Below are positions 12,807 to 22,880 of a stretch of DNA of 64,000 nucleotides, one piece after another. The notes beneath the pieces were generated by a model. It was given only the letters and a program-made list of their open reading frames with translations, had not been told where the DNA came from and did not search any database. The first letter of the stretch is position 1. Every line of letters starts with the position of its first letter. Both the position numbers and the translations under genes were made by a program. The stretch is from Zygnema circumcarinatum SAG 698-1b (taxonomy: Eukaryota; Plantae; Zygnematophyceae): the NCBI GenBank assembly GCA_037447605.1, contig CM074816.1:883873-947872 (forward strand), in the 5' to 3' direction.

Positions 12807-14075
12807 ATCATGGAAGATGCTCCTATATGCGGAGCAGTCGGCACCGTTGGTGGACTCAAATGTTCTTTGAGAGACTCTGCGTGTGGGGAGGGGAGCCACG
12901 GGACAGTATGGAGAGGAAGCATTCACCAATACTTTTGGACAGCAGAAATTGAGGAATGTGGCGTTTGGATCCACTTGTTCATCTTTCTTGAGAGGAGTGC
13001 AGACACCAGCTCTATTTTGGATATCGGTTCTGCATGGCGATATCCTTTAAAGGAGTTTTGCAAAGGAGGGACTGATACTGCTGCAGTATGAGTTCCGATT
13101 ATGAACGGATAGTGGCACAGGACAGGGCGGAACAGCACAATCAGTCTCCGAGGAGAAGGCCCCATAAGACTAGGTAACCAGTTGCTGTCAATCAGAGAGT
13201 AAGCTGGACAGATGTGCCCAGTAGAGGGATCCTCTGTTCTTGTGAGTTCTATTCTAAACTGTACATTTGAATTTACATTTGAAATTCAAGCTTTCACTTC
13301 GTCCCTTAATAGTCCAGTTGTAATTTTCATCCATAGCGAGCATTTTCTACGACGAAAATACGTGGCCATATGATATTCTCATCAAGTTTCTTTCACATTA
13401 GCACGTGCTTGTCGGTTTTTACATACTCACCCTTAGGTTTCACCATCTCATGAAGAAGTCCACCAAACAACACAGTTTTATCAAGATTGCACGTGAGAGC
13501 AGAGTGACAAGACAAGTTGCAACGCGCGTACAGACTACCTATCAGCAGTATGAAACGATCACAACGCACTTCATTTCTTAGCTGAATGAGAAAGGCATAG
13601 TAAACCAATGCTATTCCAATATAGTCTTACGTATAAAGGGCAGGAGTGAGCGACGAAGGGAGAGGAGGAGAGAGGGAGGAGGGAGAGGGAGAAGGAGAGG
13701 GCGAGGGAGAGGGAGTGCACGCATGTGACTGCGAGACATGCGCAGCTTTGGGTTCAAACTTCTGCTGATTTCAGCGAAGCTCTAATAACCAGAACAAGCT
13801 GAAACAACCGGCACAAGGGTGAAACAGGAGCAGATGGAGTACCATGCAGTATGGGGGATTCACTGAACTTGAACAATATGAACATCGCCTTATTCAAAAA
13901 ACGAAATGAAAATATTGAACGAGACACTATTAGACCTCATTTCCTTCCAGCGTCTCACAATCAGCACATTTAATGGTGTTTCCTAATCCTAAATCAGCCC
14001 ATAATATACACTATACATAATATATACGAATAGTTTCGGCAACTTTCCTGAACCTTGCTGAAGCGGACCAGCGCA

Positions 14076-16474
14076 TTACGGGAGTTCCAATTCTACTGGA
14101 GACTGAAATGTATGGTGCGACTCTGTTTTCTGTCCGAACAATTCACGGTAGTACAAAATCTCCCGTTCAAAACTGTGCCCCCCCCCGCAGTAACCTGAAG
14201 CGCTGTAGAAATCTTGCGCTGCAGCGCAAATGAGCTTGTCGAGAATTCCTTGCAGGCCATTGTCGATTGCTTCCAAAGGCTCCAAAGTGTAATTAGAAAA
14301 GCCCCGAAAGTGACCCAAAGTAAGCGGATGATGCTCCTTCACAATGTCCTTCATACAGGCGATGGCTACATTGGGAGAGGCAAAAGAGTAAGTATACACT
14401 TGAAACGTCGCCGGAGAAATATCGCTCGCTATATAAAACGCTGGATCGGGCACGTTGACATATGCCGACATCAGCGACTTTTTAATACTCTCACAACAGA
14501 AGGTTAACCTTTGGTCTCTTAAAGTCTCCTCGACTATTGAGAAAGTCGTCCACTCCCATCTCAAATGGACTCCCACCAAGCGGCCTCCAAAGTCCTCCTT
14601 TGCCACCTTCGCCAAGTCAATCAATGCAAGGGAAAACTGCACATCGTCCAAATGAGTCTCAAAGCTCCCATCAACGGCGCCCTCCCAAGTATTCTTCTCA
14701 AAGATGAGAAGGTTGGCCTCAATTGAATTCACTCGTTCAAGAAGTTCGTCTGTCCTAATGGCTCCTTCTGACAGCCTTTCGCCGACACTTGGTCGAAACA
14801 GAGTCAAAGTGTTGGAAGCATTGGGAGCCACCCCGTGAGTGAGAGCCATTAAAGGGAGCCCGCGGTGAACATTTGAAGTATAATATTCCATCTCGCACAG
14901 ATTATGGGTCCTCCTCATACAAAGGTAGTGGACCTTTGGCACAATTCCAAGGCGCAGCATTGACCTCACATAGAACTCGTAAGTCACCCAATCGACCTGC
15001 TTCCCAACTTTCTTCGCATCAAAATAAGTACAATACGGAAAAGTTTGATACATAGCAATGTTGCTGTGTCCCACACGAGGAAGAATGAGTACTCGGCCAG
15101 TCTTCTTAGCCACAAAGATGACCTCACTCATATGAAGGCGGGCTTTTGAGAGCTGCTCTGGAAGCTTGAACACGGCCAAAAACGAGGAAGCCTTGAACCT
15201 CCGAACCGACTGCACGTAGATTGAAAAAAAAAAAAAACATTAAACCATAAATAATCGCAGAAGGCAACATCAAGTATGACAGCACGCAAACACTGAAATC
15301 GGTTCCAAATAATATCTTTATTGAAAACGAACTATTCCCTGCGTTCCTCCTCCCCCTCCCCCTCCCCCTCCCGTTCCCCCTCCCCCTCCCGTTCCCCGTT
15401 CCCCCTCCCCCTCCTCCCTCCTCCCTCCCCCCTCCCCCTCCCCCTCCCCCTCCCCCTCCCCCTCCCCTCCCCTCCCCTCCCCCTCCCCCTCCCCCTCCCC
15501 CTCCCCCTCCCCCTCCCCCTCCCCCTCCCCCTCCCCCTCCCCCTCCCCCCCTCCCCCTCCCCCTCCCCCTCCCCCTCCCCCTCCCCCTCCCCCTCCCCCC
15601 TCCCTCTCCCCCTCCCCATCCCTCTCCCCCTCCCCCTTCCCCCTCACCCCTTCCCCCTCCCCCCTCCCTCTCCCCCTCCCCCATCCCCCCTCCCCCTCCC
15701 CCCTCCCCCTCCCCCTCCCCCCTCCCCCTCCCCCCTCCCCCTCCCCCCTCCCCCTCCCCATCCCTCTCCCCCTCCCCCTCCCCCTTCCCCCTCACCCCTT
15801 CCCCCTCCCCCCTCGTTCCAAAAGGTTGTTTCCGCTTTGTCATTTTTTACTTCCAGCAATACCATGCATTTCCACTAACTTGGTTTAAAACTTTAAATTC
15901 TTAACCACTCCCTCCCTTTCTTCTCCTCGTATGCTCGTTCACTCTCTCCTCCTCTCCTCCTTTTTCTCCCTCTCTCTCCAATTCCCTCACTTCTCTAACA
16001 CTCCCCATTCCAATCTTCCTTTGTCCCTCCCCCTCATCCTCTCCGCCCTCCACGTCCAGCTGCTGCCTCTCCCTCCCCTCCAAACTATCATAATAAAATT
16101 CCGATAAACTTGTCTCCTAATCCCACGCTCCCCCCAACCAACCGACCTACCATATGCCTCGACGTGTCCCCCATCTCCACCGCACAAAGCGGGCTGTCCA
16201 CCGGCACCCCGCCACGTGGCAACATCTCGAACGTCCGCCGATCTGGACCGTCCAGATTCCACGTCCTCGCCCGCGCGGGCCTCTCCACCGTCCCGCGGTC
16301 CGTCATGCGCTCGAGCACCGCCGCCGCACGTGCAAACTCGTCCGCCGCCACCGCCTCGAAGCGCCGCAGGACGGAGGCCGCCCACTCGCGCTTCGCCAAA
16401 GTGGTGTTCGCGGCGGCCGCGGGGCCGAGGACGAGGGATAAGCAGCAGAGAAGGGACAGGCGGAGGGCAGCCAT
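14076..16474 (-). CDS. O-fucosyltransferase-like glycosyltransferase with N-terminal signal peptide/anchor
   Basis: Exon 1 (16474-16151) begins MAALRLSLLCCLSLVLGPAAAA. The large exon 15209-14076 has EQLSKARLH..VAKKTGRVLILPRVG, VGVHLRWE, FYIASD and GILDKLICAAAQDF..SFEREI, matching recalled O-FucT family motifs. A small middle exon near 15875-15852 is possible. Confidence 0.7.
15345..15812. repeat. (CCCCTC)n / (CTCCC)n pyrimidine microsatellite in the O-FucT intron
   Basis: Seen directly; it produces the spurious Gly/Pro ORFs in the track. Confidence 0.95.
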
Positions 16475-17691
16475 GTGGGGGAGGGAGGGAGGGAGGGAGG
16501 GAGTGAGGGAGGGAGNNNNNNNNNNAGGGAGGGAGGGAGGGAGGGAGGGAGGGAGGGAGGGAGAGGGAGAGAGGGAGGATTGAGCGAGAGGGAGAGGCGG
16601 GGTGGAGTGGGCGGCTAACGGACGGATGCCGGCGCAGTACGGGCCGCGGGCGGGCACCGAATCCGATTTGTCGGCGGGCCACAGAAGGCGACAGCGGCTT
16701 CCGCCAAGCGGTCAGCGAGAGGGCAACGTGGCATGGCGCGACTTGTCATCACACGTGGCTAAATTCGCCAGTCAGCGCTCGCCACGTCATTGCGAAAGCC
16801 CTCGAGCGGCAGTCGCGGCGAGCCGTTGAGGGCGGGCCTGCACCTGGGGGGCTTGGGAGAGGAACTCGATGGCCACGTGGCGCGAGATTGGCGGACGCCC
16901 GTTGTGCAAGTCAACGTACTGCAGACGGTGTCGTCTGGGCGCGGTCCACAGGACTGTGTCGTGGTAGCCACGTCATCGACAAGTCAGCAAAACTTGGATT
17001 CTGGCGAATCTTTGATACATACGTGGCATCAATCAATTGGATAAACCTCCTGTACTTACAGCGCCTTTTGTCAAGAAGCGCAGCGCATCAGCCATGTCAT
17101 CGCTACATCAGCGCCACGGTGGCAAAAACGCGCCATGACGCCCAGGATTGCGACAGCCGCTGCGAGGCGCATCGTACGGTAATGGCACATGCCACGTGGC
17201 AGGCTTCTCCTTTCCGCGATGATGAAAGTCTCCCCGTCGCCGACCGCCCGCCGGAAGTCGGAAAGTCTGGGCTTCACCAAGCGTTGTCCAATCATAGGTT
17301 GCCACGTGTCCAGTTTCTCGCTGGACCGTTCTCGCCCTTTAACACTCGGGGCGCAATCGTACGGTCCTCCAACGTGGAAGATACGTGGCGTCGCGCTACT
17401 GGCCATCGCGGTCAACAACATCCGTAACCGCGCCGACCGTATTCCAGGACGTTACCCCAGCCCCCGGACGCCATCACACGCCGAATGCATGTCCGGCCGG
17501 TCAACGATTGGCTCGTGCGACGCCTCCATTGACCGACCGACCTGGCGGGACTTGGTGCGGCATTAATGGATTATTCCGCTGTAGGGGTGGCGTCACGTCA
17601 CGCTCAAAAGTGTGTCTGTACGGAATAGTTCGGACGGCAAGCCACGTCATCGCGCCTGTCGCGAGCATAGCTCGGTACTACTGTATACACC

Positions 17692-17783
17692 TTTTAGGGT
17701 TTTTAGGGGTTTTAGGGTTTCGAGGGTTTTTAAGGTTTTTAGGGGTTTTTAGGGTTAACCCCTGAAAACCCTAAAAACCCTCG
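17692..17783. repeat. T4-5AG3-4 telomere-like array ending in an inverted duplication
   Basis: Seen: seven ttttaggg-type units, then ccctaaaaa-type units. The arms 17721-17745 and 17759-17783 are 25-nt inverted repeats with 2 mismatches. Confidence 0.85.
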
Positions 17784-18025
17784 CTTCTACGCTTTTTCGG
17801 CGTGCTGCGGTTGTTGGTGATCGTGTTGGTGGACTTCCGCCGCTCCCTCCTCGCGACGTGCCTCACATCGGTGACCTTCGCGGCTGCTTCTAAGGGCTGC
17901 GTTGTTGTGCCTAGGCGTAGTCTTCCGCTCCTAGCTTCGTTTTATTGTGTTTCGGTCCTTTGCGACCAGTCCCTCGTGGTTCCACATTTTGCTCGTGGTT
18001 CCACATTTTGCTTTTGTCCACGTAC

Positions 18026-18060
18026 TGTACATTTGATGGCCTCGCCATCGCGAGTTCAAT
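18026..18060 (+). repeat. Dispersed 35-bp hairpin motif, copy 1 of 4
   Basis: TGTACATTTGATGGCCTCGCCATCG(C/T)GAG(A/T)TCAAT; other copies at 27770-27804 (+), 43152-43186 (-) and, partially, 46537-46566 (+). Confidence 0.85.
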
Positions 18061-18619
18061 GAAAGTTTATACGCGTTCGATACATACGGACCTATAGTCG
18101 CGAGTCCCACGACCAATCATATCTCTCACGTATCACATCCTCCCAAAAAATGCATCACATCTTTTGTACGATCGAAAACGATCGTCCGTACAGTCGTTAT
18201 CGATCGATTCGCACCACGTGTCGCTTGTGGCTGCACAAGCGACAAAAGAGCTCCCCCGCCACGCGCGACCCGTGCTGCGCGTCAAAACATGGGCCACGTC
18301 GGCGCCACGTCGGCGCCACGTAAGCGCCACGGTGGAGCCCCACGCACTTACGTGGCTTCCCCCCTCCCTCGCCCACTGCCGCATGCACACACTCGTATTC
18401 CTCCTCTCATGGCGAAAAGGCGTCCTTTATTCCCGGGAAAAGTGTGCCCCAATCCACGGCTGTACATGCCATGCCGTACCTGCTATTGCTGAGTCTACCG
18501 CTACCCTATATGCGCACAGGCTAAGCTGGCTACGGCCATGTATATATGCGCATTGCCTGAACTAGCTTAGCTATGTAAAGGATATCTCTCACAAAGGTTG
18601 AGATTAGCTATGTCTGCTG

Positions 18620-21268
18620 TCAAGCACAGCCGGAAATGAGATTGACCGACCGCTCGCCGACCTCCCGCAGGGTGAGAGGGAGAGCAGGCGATGAGGGGAG
18701 GGAGACGGAGGGAGCAGCGCCGCTGTTGTAGACCTTCCGCCACGTGTCCACCAACTCCTTCACAACCGGCAGGTCCATGTGCTCTGCGGCAGGGTTGAAC
18801 CGCCATGGCTTGGAGCCCTGCAGGTTCTTGCCTCTCAGTTTCAGAGTTTTGGAGTGGAGTTTTACCTGTCGTTCTGTTGTAGGGTGCCTAGAGGCTTTCT
18901 AAAAAGGGGTGCAAAAAGATTAGGGCAACGCAAGGGCTGTGCTCTTACCGCTGCACAGTAGTGGATGACTTTCAAGTCGGAGAGGTCGATGTTTTCAGGA
19001 TGGCGCCACAGCATGGCCAGCACGAGGTTGTACTCCTGCGGGAGCGGCTTGAACGTCTTCTCAAAGAACTTGTTAAGGAAATCCTGCAAATACCAAAATT
19101 ACTCAGCAAAAGAATAGATTAAGTAGTACATTTATCGAAGCAGACGAGCTCAGATACTGTACAGATTAACTCAATGACTACATTCCTCGACTGCAAGAAA
19201 CGCAAGCCGTTATTTGCGCATGGCCTGCTACTCAGTACAGTAATAATTCTCCGCGAAACCTATTCGTACCTGCTCTGCGAAAGGAGTGGGCGGCTCCGTC
19301 TCCAGCAGCCGCAGCATCTCCGCAAAAACCTTTTTGCTCGGCTCAAAGACGAACATTCCCGCGTTGAAGTACAGGGGGGGATGGGCCTCCTTCAGCGGCC
19401 ACTTCGCCCTGTGCGGGCCATGCTGCTGGCAGTATCCGACCTTGTACTGGGGACTGCAGGGGGGCACCCAAACATTCACAACGAGTCAGCTCTCCAGGAG
19501 GCAGGTGAATATCACTCCTTTCATCTCGTCAATCTGATAAACCAAGCACCTATCCTGCATACTCTTCTTCTCTCCCAACAATTGCACCGTAATTCGTGTA
19601 GAGAGAGGAGTTGAAGTGATGGTTCATAGGCTGCAAGTCGGTGGAAAAGCTTCCTTCCCTGCCTCACCTGAATGACCAGGTCGGCTCGCAGAAGCAGTCC
19701 ATCACCGCCCGAAACGAGCCCTTTGCCTGCTGCAAGAGATTGTCGATGTTTTGAACAACAAGCATGTCCGCATCCAGATACACCATTCGGGCAAACTCTT
19801 CAAACTGCACGAAAAGACGCCGAAGTAGATTAAGTAGGATTCAGGTCCGAGATGTTTGCAAAGAGAAAAGAATTCACATCGGAAGTCTGGTTAGTTTCCT
19901 CGTCTTAGCTTAGCTTCTGAAAAAACTCAATTGTACCTTCATTTTCGAATCGCAGCAGCCCAGGAATGAAATAGATGCAGTTTTCGACATTTGAACAGCA
20001 GTAAAGCAAATAACATCTTCACCTGGAAGGCGGGCAATTATATACTATTCTCTGCTAACAGCAATTTTTATGTCCATAAGGAACAGACAACATCCGACGT
20101 TTACCTCCCAAATCCGGAGCTTAGTGTAGTTCTTCGCGTAGTACGCCATGGCGAACTCGACCCCGTGGCCTTCGGGAGGAAGCAGCGGCTCGATCTCGCG
20201 GACGAGGCAGCCATGGCTTCGCAGCAGCGCTCTGTGGTCCTGCGGGACATCGCTCGTCACTGCAGCGATGGAAGGGAGACAGACAGACAGGAACACTCAA
20301 GAGTAGTCAGAAATGCATGCATGCATGCATCCATGCATGCATGGAACTGGCGTTTGGAATGCGCTCAGTCTTTCACAATAACTGAAATTATCATGCTATG
20401 ACCAACATGCAATCCATGCGAAGATGCCCAGTTGTACTGATCGAAGAAATTGTCTCCCCGGACCTCTGGCAAAAGTAAGAGAGACAGAGAAAGAGGGGGA
20501 GGGGGGGGGGGAGGGGGGGGAAGATGGGAGAGGGAGGAAGGAGGAGAGGACACGAGAGAGAAATAGAGACGCGTTCATGCCCGCACAGCTGTCTAGAGCA
20601 GACCAGTCAAATTGATGAAGTCGAATCGTTACCGGAGCTTGCAGTGCTCTATGCATGTGAGAGCAAAGCATAACCACCGCCTACATCGGCCACATCATCA
20701 TCCGATCTCTGCAACACAAATCATCCTCTTCACCAGCCTGCTGCGGACCTGTGGACGGAAATCATAAGCTGCTTCCTGCTAGCTGCATGCGGCATCAGAC
20801 TCTGCTTACTTTATGCATGATTGGCTTAACTTGGCTGGTACGAAATACTAAAGATGAAACCGGGCCAAAAAAGGGCGTCAAGGCATTCCGACATGCGGTA
20901 AGAGCAGAAACATCTATCGAGACCAATGTGGTAGAGAGAAAAACCAAACCCTAAAGCAGCATCATTTTTCAAATCAAAGATGACGCATGCATCTGTTACT
21001 GTTAATTAGCAAGTGGCCCTATATTCCAAATTTCTTTGCTTCCCTTTCCAGGCATTGTGACGAATGTCAGCCAGGAATGTCGGAAATATAGCTGAATCAA
21101 AATGATTTTTTTTTTGACTGAAATATCGTTAAATGAAATCTGGAGAATACCTGCAGCCACAAGAGGGTGCACGCTCCCAACCGCCTTCAGACTCTTTGCG
21201 AGAGCGACGGCCCCCTTTACATAGTCTCCGTCGCCGGTCAAAAACGTCACGTACGCGTATCGAGACAT
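18620..21268 (-). CDS. GolS: Galactinol synthase (GT8), 6 exons
   Basis: Spliced protein: AYVTFLTGDGDYVKG, NYTKLRIWEF, MVYLDADM, AVMDCFCEPTWSFSPQYKVGYCQQ, LYFNAGMFVFEP, PPTPFAEQDFLN, YNLVLAMLWRHPEN, VIHYCAAGSKPWRF. These are GolS signature motifs, and the exon phases I checked are consistent. Confidence 0.93.
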
Positions 21269-22769
21269 GAACCTCTCGGTGCCGAACTGAAGCTCCCTCC
21301 CTCGACCTCTAAAAAATTGGTCTTTCCCTCAATTAAAAAAATGCTTCTAACATTTGTGAGAGAGCTGCAGGACGAGCGCGAGCCTTTCAGAAAGCCGAGA
21401 GGTGCAGCTCTAGTTAAATATGGGGAAGGAGGGGCAGCGGGCAGCACTGAAATGTTTTACGGGCACGTTGGAAAGGGACCGACAAGGAGAAAAATGGTCG
21501 GGCAGGCACAAAAATGCTGACATGGCCGATCCTGAGTGGCTTCTGGTGAACGGGCAGGTCGAAAAGATCGATCGTTGGTTGGAACCGACGGAAGATCTGG
21601 AAGGTTCGGAAAGGCTGAAGGCGCACCAAGCCACGAATCTTGCCGTATGATTCTGGGGAAGGAGAAATGTTTTCTTTTTGTTTATTAGCCGTCCGATTGA
21701 ATCTCTGATGCATCGGACGGTGCGGGTACCAGTTCGGGCAGAAAGGAAAAAAACAGGTCAAGCCAATCTGCGTCCTGGACAACCACGTCAGCGGACCAAA
21801 AGTCGGCCAGGGTGGATCTGGAAAGAACTGCATGAACTGGATTGCCACGTGGCAGACAGGCACGAAAAGGCGCCGGGTTTTTTGGAGAGCCGCCAGGCAG
21901 GATGCGCCACGTGGCAGTTTTCTCGCGTCAAGGTCGAGGCGGCCGCGGCAAGCATTCTTGTGCTGCCCCCAGAGGCGCGATTGGCTGGGCAGCGGCTGCC
22001 CGCTGAAAATTCTTTTTATAGCGGAGGAACACGTGACGGACGGTCGGTCTCTCGTTGGAAGCAAACAATCATGTGCATGTTAACGTGGACGACCGCAAGC
22101 TGATTGGTCATGACGCGCCGCGTGGCACATATGCATAGCGACACGTCAGTGAGCATGGACTGAAACTGCGAATACGTTATGCTGCAGCGCTCTATGAGAA
22201 CGCGGCCAGTTCTACCGGCGACCGAACTGTAGCAAAGGAACGAACGGGTGGCCACAAATCCGTCACCACCCGACGGAGCTGGACATGGAGGAACTCTCAA
22301 GTTGTTGTTCAACAACAAAGCCATCGTATGCTATCATGGCCCACTTTCATCGCCCAAACAAATGAGCTTTCCATTGCTCCAGGGAACTGAACATGTTCAG
22401 CCGCACAAGAACGGTTCATTGGACACTGCATGTGGACGCCGTCCCGTTCAAGCAAGGGTCCAGCCTCGTCACCAAAGCCCAGACCATGATCATCCATCGT
22501 ACATTCCATGGATGGGCATGGCATGACACGTGATGACATGACATGCATGCATGTGCAGCCAATCACCACATGATAAATCACCTGACATGAACTGAAGGTT
22601 CGCAGTTGCACTTCCGAACTATTCGGTTACAACACAACGCAACTGTCAACTGCCAGTGACAAAGAAACAAGCTCTCTAGACGCACACAAAAAAGGACGAG
22701 GTTTGCTATTTGAGGGTTTTGGGGGTTAGGGTTTTAGGGGCCCTCTCCAGGGAAGACAGGCGGCGGAGC

Positions 22770-22855
22770 CCCCCGAGGTTCCGCCGCCCTTTTTTTCAGA
22801 CCGCGCTTCGCCCCTTTAGAGGGCTTCCCAGCGCAGCCGTCACGCAGCCTCGCCC
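22770..22855 (-). promoter_or_regulatory. SECIS element (GUGA core, type II) in the GPX 3' UTR
   Basis: Minus strand GUGAC-GGCUGCGCU-GGGAA-GCCCU-CUAAA-GGGGC-GA-AGCGCGGUC-UGAA (22843-22795). It has a 9-bp helix II (7 Watson-Crick plus 2 G-U pairs), a GA/GA quartet, an unpaired AA and an apical mini-stem. It lies 3' of every candidate GPX stop. Confidence 0.82.
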
Positions 22856-22880
22856 TGAAGATTTATACCCCATTTGTACC

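Noticed and set aside
15124-15878. Gly/Glu/Pro-rich ORFs here and at 26200-26500, 51448-52068 and 57500-57850
   Set aside because: They are translations of intronic purine/pyrimidine microsatellites.
21840-22150. ABRE/G-box motifs upstream of GolS as evidence of ABA regulation
   Set aside because: ACGTGGC/CACGTG is abundant throughout the window, including coding exons, so it is not diagnostic here.
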